Origin: Octopus sinensis
Lineage: Eukaryota
NCBI RefSeq assembly: GCF_006345805.1
Contig: NC_043007.1
Location: 44,888,001-44,952,000 of the forward strand
Direction of reading: 5' to 3'
DNA length: 64,000 nucleotides
Of the stretch, positions 36,681 to 54,113 are shown one piece after another. The notes below the pieces were generated by a model that saw only the letters and a program-made list of their open reading frames with translations, made no database searches and had not been told where the DNA came from. Numbering within the stretch: the stretch's first letter is position 1; the number at the start of each line of letters is the position of its first letter. The position numbers and the translations under genes were made by a program.

Positions 36681-39600
36681 AGAAAATTTTCTTCGTTGAC
36701 ATCAACCTCAGTTAATTTTGCTTTTCTCCCACTCTTGTGTCTTCTGGAAGAAAAACCCTCACGAGAATTCACTAACACGATTTGATTATTTTTTAAAAAG
36801 AGATTTCGTAGAGGAATTAGATACAACGGGTTTTGGCTGGTTTAAACACAAAAGAGTTAAAAAGTGCCAAAACTATAAAATTAGCTTTTTTTTTTTGTCG
36901 TTTTGAGACCTCTAGAACCCAAAAGCTATAGTCGAGGAGAAATTTTGCATATCAGAAGAGAGGATTGTTGAAGTGTATACGGGACAATGTCACTCTGAGT
37001 GCCAAAATGGGCAGGAGCGCGTGTGTGCGCGTGAGGTCGTATACAGAAGTGCAGGTGCACGTTTTGAAATTGACTGTAAAATAAGTTCAGGTGAGCGAGT
37101 GAGTGAGTGTATTCTTAATCCATGATATGAAAGATCTTCCTGCAGGGTTGCAGTGTGTGAAATGCCTGGAATCTTTTTACAAAGTGAAATGCGTCTGGTG
37201 CTGTTGTCGTGGTTAATTGTTGAATTAGCAAGGATGACAGTGTAAGCATGCTAGAGAGATGCGCGAGACATAATTTTCTCTGTTAGTAACAGGGGTCTAA
37301 CAGGGGGAAATTATGTCTAAACATGAGCGCAGAGCATGTGAACAGCTGACGTGCTTTGAGTCGGGAGAAGAATTGAGCTGACGCAGAAGTGTTGCAAAAC
37401 AAGGCGGTAGATGCATAATAGAGATGCATGTGCATGTGTGCAATAGAGCTTGCAAGGCTGAGGCTAATGCTAGTGCATTGATTACAAATACAGTCTACAG
37501 TATTGAATATGCCAGTGGTTAAGGCAGTTTTGAATATATCAGCCGGTGCATGAGGTATTGTATGCCTCGAGCGTGCAGGAATAAAAGTGTGACATGCTGG
37601 TGCGTTGTAAGGGACAAACAACTTTCTCTATGTATGCGTGACCGACCTAGGGTCTTACAGAAATGAGTTGTGTCTACAAGGGCGCAGATAGCATGAAAAA
37701 CAAGCGAGAAAGGCATGTTGGTGCATGAATGTGACAGAGTTAGCATGTCTGTGTGTGTGTATGAACCATGTGTGCAGATGCGTTGCAAGGCCAGGCGCTG
37801 AGATAAGGTGTATGCGTGTGTATATGCAACAATACATTGTCAAAGTGAAGGAGAGAAAAATATATATACATGCAAAATGCAACATGCGACAATGCGACTG
37901 AAAGAAAGTGGAAGTGCAAAATATGAATAAAATTGAGAAGGCATGCAAACAAAAATTCAGGTTATGAATAAATGTTCAGTTCATGAATAAAATTTTCAGT
38001 TCAAGAATAAAATGTTCAGTTCATTTGAATCTGATAGAATGTAAGCAGAATCAATTTTAATTTAATATCACAAACAGGAATTTGAGTTAATGCAATGTGT
38101 TACAGTTATGGTCTTTGTGAAGTTCAGTGGAAAGAAAAATATAAATAAATAAGGTGTGTAGCTGTTCGTGTAGAATTTAAGGCATTGGTGCCTGTAAATC
38201 ATTCACCTGGAATGTTTTTGAAATAGAAAACTTGTATGTATTTCGCCGGCCAGCGGACTCTTCACCCGCTTCTTATTCGAGTTTGCGGTGAAGACGTTGT
38301 ACATATGTGCTCCCATATTGTTTTTCAGTTAGTTTCTGGGAACGTAGCTGTCGAAATTATGCATTTATTGGCTTCCATGGTCCGCAAACTCCTTGTGCAG
38401 TGTTACATTGTTGTGATGTGCATCGTGGATTGCATCGCAATACAGAGTTTTCTGTAGCAGGTCGATAGAGGGTGCATCTTGGTGGTGACGAAGGTTGTCA
38501 TTCTTTTTCTTTGGTTTAGCGACTGTTGATATTCTAGTTCTTTAGTTCGAATCAGCAAAATGTAACGGCATGTAGCATAGGAAGGTATCAATTCTCTTGA
38601 CACGAGTCACCAATTTGTTGGTAATGCAGCTTCAGAAGGCAGCGATTCTTTTTCCACGGGGTCACCAGTTGTAACGGTTAGGTTTTAATTATTGTAGTTA
38701 CCAATTGTAATGGGTAAGATTGATTAGGTACACAATAATATGAAATATCGGAGTCGGCAGTTGTAACGATAAAAATTTGTTGTTATAACGGCATGTTGTA
38801 AGATGTGAAAGATGGACAATGCATGAAGTTTTAAGAAAATATTTACTTAACCGTTACATTGAATATATTACCTTGCCTCGACGGGCAGGTGATAAAAATC
38901 ATAAAGCATGCAAAGTAAAGATGGATATAAATTTTCCTTGCATAGGTTGTGTTTGTGTTCTCGTCATCGTTTAGTAGTAATTACTGAGAGAAATAAAATG
39001 ATGTTGTAAGAGAACAGAATTAGAGCTAGTGAGAGTGAGAGAGTGTGGGACGTTGTCTTTCCTTTTCCCTCTGGCCGTTTTGTCTGCCTGCTTCCATGAT
39101 TCTAGTGGTCGGTTCTCTAACTATGTTAGCTATCTCTCAACTCACGAGTTGTCACCAAAGTGACTAACTGTCTTTTGCTTGCGGGTTCTTGTTTTTATAA
39201 CTACCCAGGAGGATAGACATATCGTTGAGAACAAAGGGCTTCGTTGGTGGTACTGTGATATCTCTATTCTAGCTTTTGGTAAAGTAGAAGATGTTATAAG
39301 GGTCAAGTGGTGAAGACATTATTTCGGCCTAGCTAAAGGCAATCTGGCAAATGTAAAACTGCTGTCAGAGAAAAAAACCCATTGTTCCACCGTGAGAAAA
39401 GTTCCGTTGAACTGTTAATTTAAATTTGGCTTTGGTGGATCGAATCCACTTCATGCTTGCAAGATTCACTACACACGTATGTATAAACTCATGTCTGTGT
39501 GTGTCTTTGAGTCTGTGTTAGTCACTCACCACCGCTTGACAACTGTTGCTTGTGTGTTTACGTCCCCGATAGAATAAGTACTTGGCTTAATAACAAAGAA

Positions 39601-40709
39601 GGCCAAGGGTCGATTTGTTCGACTAAAAACCTTTGAAGGCGGCGCTCCAGCATGGTCGTAGTCAAATGACTAAAACAAGTAAAAGGTAAAAAGAATAAGA
39701 GATAACTATTAATGCTGAGACTGCATTTGTATTATCTAATGTGTTCCAATTTATTTAATGCAGTAATGGGGTTTGAAAGATATTTAGCTATTATTTCTGT
39801 CATATCGAGAGTCCACATAATCATCCTTCTTTCATCTCCTGCGATTGTAAACGGGCATGATTTTACGCAAAGATAATTTAATATTAGCCGCGAAGACTAA
39901 GGTATAATGGACTAGTCATGACAGGGAGTCGGAAACATGACATTCATTAGATTCGCCTGAAATTTTTCGCTGATAGTTTGCGAAGATCGCTTAAATAACA
40001 TGATAGGTATCCATTGTTTTACATATCTACGGAAAGTTGTAATATTTGTGACTTTTTATGTAAGCTAATTTATGATGTAAACAACAAAATTCTTCATATG
40101 CATGGAAATATTTTAAAGAAAAATAGGAGAAAGAAAAATATCTAGGGGAGATAACTCTCAAATAAAGTAATCTTCCTTAGATTTCTAATATGACGGTTTA
40201 TTGTCGGAAACTCGATAATTATTTTATAGTCGGATATATTCTATCGTATATACATACCCGTGGTACTTATTGTGTGATGGGGGCTTATGTAAGTGTTGCA
40301 CAACAAATCTCGTAAATGAATTTCCTTCGAAAAATATCCCAGTTATTCAGTCTTTTCGCAGTTATTAATATTGTAGGGATGTAGAACGGTGAAGGATAGT
40401 ATATATATATATAATTCATACGCATAACAAAGTCGAATATGGGTATATTAAATACCACACAAGAAAGATTATTGACTTACTGAAATCATCTCAGCTTCAG
40501 GGATTAGAGAACAATCGCTTAGTGGTAATTGGTACCAATTCCAAATGCGATCAGGAGATAATTTCAAGAATTCTCCAAAATTGACATAGCGTTAAGGAAA
40601 AGACATTGAAATGTGATAAGGCTGCAGTGGCGGACACATGTTTCTGCCTCAGTAGGCGTCCTCAGCACAGAAATTCTCATAGCTTATTTCTTGTAGCTGG
40701 ATGCCTATA

Positions 40710-44583
<3,874 letters not shown>

Positions 44584-44689
44584 TTAATCCAAAAGATAAA
44601 TATAAAAAGATATACACACACATGCACACATACACACACACACACATACATGCATATATATAAATATATATGTATTATATATTTCATCA

Positions 44690-45292
44690 CTGTTCGACCT
44701 GTTGAAATAGAGGAAGTACAGGAATATGTGCCGAGATATCGCAAAGGAGATCTCACGGAGAGTAAGGGCCGGACGGAAGGCGTTTAATGGCATAAGGGAT
44801 GTGTTCAAGGGAAGGTTGGACAGGACCACCCGTGCCAACCATATCAACAGCACAGTTCTACCTGCAATGTTATATGGTAGTGAAACATGGGCTACAACAA
44901 ACAGAGAAGAGCAGAGACTGGTAACGGCTCGAAGAGCCATGGAAAGGTCAATGCTTGGAATCTAGTTGAGAGAGCACATCAGTAGCGAGGTCATCAGAGA
45001 GAAGTCCGGCGTGAGGGATGTCATCGCAGAATATGCACGCAGCAAGTTTAGATGGGCTGGACACGTCGCCCGGCTCACCGATAATCGGTGGACCCGCGCA
45101 GTTGTCGAGAGGTACCCACGCGAGCGGAAACGACCACTCGGCCTCCACGACGGTGGAGTTACGATTTCAGAAGGACGATTGGGATCACGTGGATGAGAAA
45201 GGCGCGATCCAGAGAGGAGTACTGTGACCAGCGGTGTCAAATGGACGCCCGACGGACTGGTCGGTCAAGGTGATCAAGGTGACATTATATAT
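44690..45292 (+). mobile_element. RTE-clade LINE 3' fragment
   Basis: KEISRRVRAGRKAF...VLPAMLYGSETW...RAMERSMLGI..FRWAGHVARLTDNRWT...RPPRRW. Ends in a short tandem tail (caaggtgat x2). Confidence 0.9.
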
Positions 45293-45318
45293 ACATACAT
45301 GCATACATGCATACATAA

Positions 45319-45406
<88 letters not shown>

Positions 45407-45482
45407 ATGCGCGCACAGTCATTCGCACGTATATAAGATGGGGTTCCGCATAGTTATCGTCTTGCAAATTTTTGTAAGACGA

Positions 45483-45565
<83 letters not shown>

Positions 45566-45958
45566 TCTTACAAATTTTTGCCACCACAAAGTTATTATAG
45601 AATAACACTTGCCGGTTGAAGTGGAGGGTTACGTGTTTGAACAATCTGTTATTGATGTGTCTCAAGTTCAAAATATGTTCTGTCAATGGATTAATCAGCC
45701 GCCGATAAGTGCCATTAATATACCATAATCTATACGCAGAGAAGTTTATGGAATAGGCGATGATTTTGGAAATAGAACTGTCGGCAAAAGATGAATGAAG
45801 GTATATTTAGAATGGTGATGTTTTAAAGAAGGACCTGTGTTTCAGCGAGAGCGGAAATAGGCATAGGATCCAAGTTAATTAAGGTAAGGAATGAAGGAAC
45901 TGAGGACCAGAAAGCCATGCAGTTTACGGTGGTGTCTGAAGAAAGGGAGAGGTTGTTC

Positions 45959-46168
45959 AAGAAGAAGAAGAAGAAGAAGAAGAAGAAGAAGGAGAAGGAG
46001 AAGAAGAAGAAGAGAAGGAGAAGAAGAAGAAGAGAAGAAGAAGAAAAAGAAGAAGAAGAATAAGAAGAAGAAGAAGAAGAGAAGAGAAGAAGAAAGAAGA
46101 AGAAGAAGAAGAAAAGAAGAAGAAGAAGAAGAAGAAGAAGAAGAAGAAGAAGAGAAGAAGAAGAAGAG
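45959..46168 (+). repeat. (GAA)n-rich homopurine tract (~210 bp)
   Basis: Seen directly. Confidence 0.95.
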
Positions 46169-46199
46169 GAAAATGAGGTGAATTGTTGGGTCGGATTAG

Positions 46200-46560
46200 A
46201 AGAGTCGGCAGCTCCATAGGATGGTGTGTTAGAAAGGTAAGTTGACTGAATGGAAAATGAAAAAATGGAGGGTGGCTGGTATTAAGGTAGATGGGGTGCA
46301 TAAGTATTATTGCGTAGTATGTAGTGAGGGCACGATAGCGGACTGAGTCACTGGCTTGAAGTATCCAGAAAGTAGGAAATCGTAGATCGTGGTGAAATGA
46401 GTGAGCATTAGAGTTGGGTAAAAGCGTAGGTGGGAGAATTCTGAGTAGGGAATATCAAATTTGGTGCTAGAGGCGTGGAATGACGTGAAATCGAAAGAAG
46501 CGTGGAAGCTTTGGATTTGTAAAACGGCGAAAGAAGAAGGATTATATTGGTCAGCAGAAA
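46200..46560 (-). mobile_element. Possible decayed CR1-group LINE endonuclease fragment
   Basis: Minus translation KFDIPYSEF...IYDFLLSGYFKPVTQSAIVP weakly resembles GDFN..H.EW...DF.LS.DL.Q.V..PTR.P. Confidence 0.3.
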
Positions 46561-46703
46561 TAGAAAGGTTCAGGAAGTTAACACACACACACACACACAT
46601 GTATGTGTGCGTGTTTGCATTTATGTATATATATGTGTGTATGTGTATTATATATCTATATGTATATATATTTCAAAATTGATCTTTGATCCTAGAATCA
46701 TAC

Positions 46704-46738
<35 letters not shown>

Positions 46739-46773
46739 ACACACACACACACACACATCTATCTATCTATCTG

Positions 46774-46823
<50 letters not shown>

Positions 46824-47099
46824 AAGTAATTTCTCTGTCTATATGTTTTAGATGGTGGTGGGGAAGGAGATGGGGAAAACAAGGAAATCAATGTTTGTAA
46901 AAGTAATTATCGAACTGAGAATAAAAATAAAATTGATAAAAGAAATCATAAAAATACAACAAACATAAATAATCGACTAACGACGAGCTGGAATAAAAAG
47001 TACGAATAAAATTTTTAAAATAAAGAAAATAATATATGATAAACCGAGAGGCATATAAACAAAAAATGAAATAAAAATATGTATACACATAAATTTTGT

Positions 47100-47130
<31 letters not shown>

Positions 47131-47714
47131 CATACATCTAAATTTGGCATGGGCGATTCTTTCTTGTCTTGGGATTCACGGTCAAACGGCTGGGTGGTAT
47201 TGCGCGAAAAATTAAACAGATGTGTAGAATGATCTGGTGGTGATGCCGGACTTTGTATTTTTCATAGCTCCCATGGTTACCGAGCTTCAAAACGTAAAGA
47301 CGGAGGAAATGCCGTTAAGCATTTTGCCCGGCTTGCTAACGATTGTACCAGCTCGCTTTCTTTAAGGATTAATTTATACTGTTTTCAAATATGACACAAG
47401 GCCAGCAATTAAGGGGCAGGGGGTAAGTCGATTGCATCGACCCCAGTGCTCAACCGGTACCTATTTAATCTACCCCAAAATGATGAAAGACAAAGTTGAC
47501 CTCGGTGGAATTTGAACTCAGAACGCGACGTCGGACGAATTTCCGATAAGCATTTTTCCTGGTGTACTAACGACTATGCCAGGTCGCTGACTTCGGATAA
47601 ATTAGTATTAAGACTTGTTTGCTTGTGCCTCCGTCCATCCGCTAGTCTGACTCTCTGCGTCTGTCTATGTGTGCATATATGAATATGTGTGTGTGTGTGT
47701 GTATGAATAGATGC

Positions 47715-47750
<36 letters not shown>

Positions 47751-48217
47751 ATGTAGTGTTGAGTGTGTCTGGGTTTGTATGAATAGATGGATATAAATGT
47801 GTATGTGAGAGCGCGTTATGGCATTGCACTGATGATTGCGAGATTGTGGTTTCAATTACTAGACGGTGTAGTGCGTTGTATTCCTGAGAAAAAAATATTT
47901 CGTCTCACCTTGCTATGTGATAACTTTGACATCTGACCATCTTACATGTGGTACTTGTACAGGTAACGTCGATCTGATGAAAGGAGTGAGTAAATGAGCA
48001 GCATATACATTCGATCACTGTAAACAAGCCATTTATGCATGTTGTTCTGGAAGAAATTGCCGAACCGTGTTTTTCGGAGTGTGAGAGACTACCATTCATA
48101 TGAGCATGCAATGATGTGTGTGTGTGTGTACCTGCGCGCGCATGGCTATGTGCCTGTTTACATGCATGGATGTGTGTTATACACGTAAAATGACAAACAC
48201 AGAGTAACAAACATATA

Positions 48218-49035
48218 CGAGAGAGAGTCAAAAATTATACGCACTCTTGTTTTACAATGTATTTGCACAAAAGTAGGGGATAAACATGTACGTCATTTTT
48301 CTAGACAGTCTTCTTCTTTTTCGATGCACTTCGTTCAGCTGTCCACAAATTTGCGTATTCTCTCCATCAAGAAGGTTATCGGTTGGTCGTGGAACCATTT
48401 ATGCACCGTTTCCTTCACATCTTCATCCGTAGGAAATCAACGACCCCGTAAATCATCTTTGAGCGATCCAAAGATATGATTGTGAGAAGGTTAATGATTT
48501 CATCGGTCTGGACGGCCGTATGTGAGCGTGCATTGTCATGCAACAACAAGACTTCCTTCGACAATAGGCTTCAGCGCTTGGTGCAAATTACTGGCTTCAA
48601 TTTGTTGGCCAGCAAAGCACTGTATCTTGCACTGTTGATCGTACACCCCTTTTCTCCAGGTAGTCTTCCAGTATATGCCTTTTGAATTCCCCAAAAGGGT
48701 TAACATCGTCTTTCCCGCGGAAGACTGAGTCTTGAATTTCTTATTCGCTGTCCCTGTTTTGTACTAAAAGTTTCCAATGAATTCAGCACCTGACACACCT
48801 ACCGACCCGACCCGAGAAATCGGATCACTGCTCTTTGTTCTTCTTTGGTGTACATTGCAAGTGGAGCGACCATGTTTACACTGTAAAGTCAGAAAGAAAA
48901 ATGGCGCGATCAGGTTCAAACTTCAATCACGTGACCACAATAGTACCAACTATAGGCATGCAAGCGTAGAAGGCAGTGCGACAATAATAAAGATATGTTA
49001 TGGCGAAAGTGCGGATAATTTTTGACTTCCCCTCA
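48218..49035 (-). mobile_element. Internally deleted mariner element
   Basis: TIRs cgagagagagtcaaaaattatacgcac / gtgcggataatttttgacttcccctca with TA flanks. The minus strand encodes LLLHDNARSHTA. Confidence 0.85.
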
Positions 49036-49309
49036 TAGATACACACATATATACAGATAAATAGAAAAAGAAGGAAATATATAGATGAAAAACTGCACTC
49101 ACATACATACACACACGCACACACACACATACACATGCACACACACGCGCACACAAACATACATAATGAGTGCGTACATGTGTGTATGTGAAAATGCATA
49201 CGGAAGAGAGGATGAATGTTATGACCAAGCGGCCTTATAAATACATAGACCAGCAAACAGCTGAACACAGATGAACACACAATTTCATATACATTATATA
49301 TATATATAT

Positions 49310-49510
49310 ATAATATAAAATCCGTTCTGTCTGTCTGTATGTGTGTCTTCTAGGATCTCGAGCATCCTCCATCCGACTGCACTCAAATTTGATATGTAGA
49401 TACCGACGGTATCAGGGCGTGTATAAGTCTTGAAAAAATTATAAAAATCGATTCCAGGTGAGAATGCGATCGATAAAGCCGTGGGAACGTGCATTTGTAC
49501 GCGCAAGTTC
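49310..49510 (+). mobile_element. DINE/Helitron-like non-autonomous element start
   Basis: Follows (TA)n. The tctgtctgtctgt core followed by catccgactgcactcaaatttgatatg resembles DINE/HINE-type cores (pattern recognition only). Confidence 0.45.
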
Positions 49511-49679
49511 ATTAGTCGAAATCCGTCTTTTGCTGGTGTCTCAAATTTGGGTTAAATCAGTGTTTCTCAAAGGGGAGGCCTATGGGACGGTCGGACAAGT
49601 TATTTTGAGAAAATTTGGTTTAAATGTTTGATAACTCAGCACCGTCCATTGGACGATGGGGAGGGGGGCGTTTTGCTCG

Positions 49680-49710
<31 letters not shown>

Positions 49711-49807
49711 CACACATTCACACAGGTATTCAGATATTGTATGAATAATGGTAGTAAACGAACTGTTATCACGAATTTTACCTTCTATTGTGCATGTCTG
49801 TGTGTGC

Positions 49808-49851
<44 letters not shown>

Positions 49852-50855
49852 GAAGAAAAGAAGACCCTTTGTATGCATGTACGTAAATATATATATATGT
49901 ATATAGTATGTATTTATGCACACATACACATATCATATCTATACATGCACTCATGCGCGCACACACACACACATCTTGTGCTTTTGTTATCTGAACATAC
50001 ATAGACACTTAGACAGATACACGTACTTACATTGACATACAAACCAATATATTAGGTTGCCATGTTTACAAGTAACGGATATTGAAACCAGCAACGAAAC
50101 TTATACTTAGTCACTTAGTCTATCCAATAAACCAAGAAATTATTTGCTAATATATATTCTAACTTCTCCGAAATGGGGTTCCCTTGATTGCAAATTGTTG
50201 CGAGTAGAAGTCGTACAATGAAAAACACTAGAACGATGTCTCCATTGACAGTAAAACTCAGCTGAAAGCAAGCCGCCATATTTCTTTTTCCTGTACTTTC
50301 GTCCACTCTATCTCTTCTTTTTCACATACTTTTATGCCCCTTTCTCTATATTGTCTGTCTCTCAGTGTTTATTAATTCTCTGTATTTTATCTTCCACTGT
50401 CGCTCTCAGTTTCTGTCTCTCTCTCCCTTTCTATACTTATTCGTATTTGTCTTCATTCTAGCTATTCATCTTTCAGTCTGTGTGTGTATGTCTGTCTTTC
50501 CAACTATCTGTCTCTGTGTAGCCTCCCTATCTTTACATATATCTGCTTCCCACCGGATATCATTTCATTCCCCACCTCTTTCTATCTGTACATCATTAAA
50601 TATCTCCATCTTACTCTCTTTCTGTGCCTGTCTTATTTTAACCCTCCTGTAAGTTCTCCGTCACTTTCTCACATCTCCACGTTCCCCACTTTTCTCTACG
50701 ATATTTTATTCCCCTTATTGAAACTGATAACAGCTCTGGAAACTCGCTGAAATTTCTAAGAAATTAGATTTTTATTTTTACTGTTACAGTTATGTAGTAC
50801 TTTTATGTTGTTACTATTATTATTATCTTACTAAATTTTAATTTGTGAGAAATAA

Positions 50856-51298
50856 TCCGTAGAAATATCCATGGAAATCGATATTTCTAGTGAAATATAC
50901 AAAAGCCGGATCCATTTTCTCCTAGTCATAAACTTTAATATCCGGATTGATTTCATACACAATATGGACTCCAGTGAAATAGCGAGATAACCAATAATAA
51001 TAAAAAAAGACAAAACAAAAGAAAAAACAAAGAACCAAAAACTAAACAACCCGAAAAAGTCACAACAACGAAAACACAGCTGAAAAATTCAATGACTTTA
51101 TTAAAACTTGTTCTATTGCTGAAGGATTTTTATTGCTACCATTAACCTATGGATTGGAATCAATCAACGTCTCGTATCATTAAGATCATTATATTTTCTG
51201 ACTTGTTTTATTACATTTTGTTGCTTTTATTTGAACAAAAATATGCAAATTACCAAAAAATATAAACAAAAGCATTTTTAGTATCATCATCATCATCA

Positions 51299-51374
<76 letters not shown>

Positions 51375-52157
51375 GGGCGGTAGATCGCCAAAATCTGTAG
51401 GACATCGGAGTGGTGAATAGTAGAACTGGTAGATCATCAGGATGAGGATGTGGTACAATATCAGGTTGAGGGTATGGTAGAGTTGTCAGAGAGAGTTATG
51501 GACAAGCAGAATCGGTAAAGAGTTGTGTAGAATGCCTTGAAGTATTTTTCTTTTGTCTTTTTATATTCTGAGTTCCAATCCTACTACAGTCAACTTTATA
51601 GTTCATCTTTCAGGAAACAATAAAATAAAGTACCACCCATGAACTGAACCAAAATTTATCGAGAAATCCTTCCCCAACCAAATTTGGGGTCTTGTGTCTA
51701 TTTTATTCTTTTATTCTTTTAGTTGTTTCAGTCATTTGACTGCGGTCATGCTGGAACACCACCTTGAAGGTCTTTATTTTTTAGTCGAACAAATCGACCA
51801 CAGGACTTGTTTTTAAAGGCTAGTACTTATTCTGTCAGCCTCTCTTGCCAAACCGCTAAATTAATGTGACGTAAACACACCAACACCGGTTGTCAGGTGG
51901 TGAGGAGGGGGACAAACACAGACACAAAGACACATGCACTCACACACGTGCACACACGTGCACACACGTGCACACACGTGCACACACGTGCACACGTGCA
52001 CACACACGTGCACACACACACATGCATATATATATGTATATATATTTCATTGGAGTCCATATTGTGTATGAAATCAATCCGGATATTAAAGGAGGAAATG
52101 GATCCGGTTTTATTATATTTCACTGGAAATATCGATTTCCATAGATATTTCTACGGA
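50856..52157. repeat. Long inverted repeat pair (50856-50981 / 52043-52157) enclosing ~1.06 kb
   Basis: The arms are reverse complements apart from a few substitutions and one 11-nt indel. Confidence 0.9.
51941..52010. repeat. (CACACACGTG)n decamer array containing 7 CACGTG
   Basis: Five exact 10-mers at 51941-51990, then two phase-shifted units. Confidence 0.9.
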
Positions 52158-52560
52158 AATATGTATATATGTACATATATACGACGGGCTTCTTTCAGTT
52201 TCCGTCTACCAAATCAACTCAAAAAGCTTTTGTCATCCCAAGGCTATAGCAGAAGACACTTTCTCAAGGTGCCACGCAGTGGGACTGAACTCGGAACCAT
52301 GTGATTGGGAAGCAAGCTTCTTACATACGGTCATGCCAGCTAGGAGTTAGTATTTAGTTACATCCATTTGTGCTCTATGTTCAAAATCTGCTGTAATTGA
52401 TTTTGCTTTACATCTCTTGAATAAAGCACTCGTTAATTACTAGGGTCCGTTTAATCGAGTGCTCTCTTCCTATAAATGTCTGGGCCCCGTGTGTCGAAAC
52501 TATTCGCCTGCTGAGCGTCAGTACCAGTACCACGATCTCAATATAACCAAATGTTACTAA

Positions 52561-52972
52561 TTTCTTTACTCTTTTACTCTTTTACTTGTTTCAGTCATGT
52601 GACTGTGGCCATGCTGGAACACCGCCTTTAGTCGAGCAAATCGACCCCAGAACTTATTCTTTGTAAGCCTAGTACTTATTCTACTGGTCTCTTTTGCCGA
52701 AACGCTAAGTTACGAGGACGTAAACACGCCAGCATCGGTTGTCAAGCGATGTTGGGGGTACAAACACAGACACGCAAACATATACACACACATACACACA
52801 TATATACATATATACGACGGGCTGCTTTCAGTTTCCGTCTACCAAATCCACTCACAAGGCTTTGGTCGGCTCGGGGCTATAGTAGAAGACACTTGCCCAA
52901 GGTGTCACGCAGTGGGACTGAACCCGGAACCATGTGGTTTGTAAGCAAGCTACTTACCACACAGCCACTCCT
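52561..52972 (-). mobile_element. SINE family A, full-length copy (additional minus fragments at 51708-51935, 52185-52335, 60352-60606)
   Basis: Reverse complement of the 25620 copy. Confidence 0.9.
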
Positions 52973-53071
52973 AAGCCTGGAAAAAATAAATTATTGGAAA
53001 CAATAAATCATTGCGTGGATCTAAGTATTCAAGGAGTGGAACGTACGATTTCATTTAAGTCAGACTCTGTT

Positions 53072-53155
53072 TCATGTACCCAGAAGAGAAAGCGTTGTTA
53101 CCGAGGGTGGTGAGGGAGATGCGCTGGAACAGCTACCCTGACTCACGAGGCGCGC
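53072..53155 (-). mobile_element. Second short CRE-like 3' fragment
   Basis: Shares agatgcgctggaacag..c.ctgactcacgaggc..gcact with 30705-30748. Translates as PRESG*LFQRISLTTLGNNAFS. Confidence 0.75.
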
Positions 53156-53423
53156 ACTGAAAGATTTAAAAAAAGATCCCTTCAGATTCACCGTTTTTCG
53201 ACAAACATTTATACTGGTGATGGTGATGATGCTGGTGACAACGATGATGACAACAGCTACCATGCTGATGAAAATTTTGATGACAATGATGAGAATTGTG
53301 AAGATGAAGTATGGACAATATTGTTTGTGGTAAGGATTATGACAACAACGACAATGGGGATTGATGATAAGGATAATGTGAATGAGGACAAGGGGTATGA
53401 TAATGCCTATCTATATTAGAGAC

Positions 53424-53474
<51 letters not shown>

Positions 53475-54026
53475 TATTATCATCTTTATTTCTACATATG
53501 AGAGATTTTCTTTATTTTTACTATTGTTCTTGGTGTCATCATTATTAAACCATACGATTTTTCTTTTAACTTGTACATTTTTAAAAATAATATTCTTTCG
53601 TTTCCATTTTTTAAAATGTTATTTTATTTTTCTAGATAACTTTCTGCTGACATTAAATTATATTCCACGTCAATTGGTTAATATATATAAACCTGATGAT
53701 ATGAAATATGCTGTTAGAATTGTTTTAGAGGGAAAAAGCGGGAAGGGGGGGGGGAGAGAGAGAGAAGGAGAGAGAGAGGGATTGAGAGTTACCATATTTA
53801 TTGTCTCAGTGGAATTGTCTTTTATGGATATTCCTTCTTATCATTAAAAATGACTTGAATATACAAACACGCACACACACATCCTTTTTGTATAGATCTC
53901 TCTCTCTCCTCCCCTCTCTCGGTATATGTATGCGTATGCATATATATATCTGTATGCATTTATATATAGGTGTGTATATATATGTACATGCATGCATGCG
54001 TGTATAAATATGCACCCAAACATGTA

Positions 54027-54113
<87 letters not shown>

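Noticed and set aside
38200-38660. Protein-coding ORFs on either strand
   Set aside because: Short and stop-interrupted in all frames with no recognisable motif; left as an unclassified probable repeat.
45891-46301. Long poly-R/K/E and poly-F/L/S ORFs (also 54827-55175, 22382-22835, 56080-56428, 60654-60988)
   Set aside because: They are translations of GAA, CAT/ACC, CA and TA microsatellites, with no splice or domain support.
49558-49620. Mini hAT element (cagtgtttctcaaa ... tttgagaaaatttg)
   Set aside because: The right end matches poorly and there is no TSD.
50050-50300. Promoter (RFX-like gttgccatgtttac, YY1-like gccgccatatt)
   Set aside because: The motifs are short or imperfect and expected by chance, with no independent evidence.
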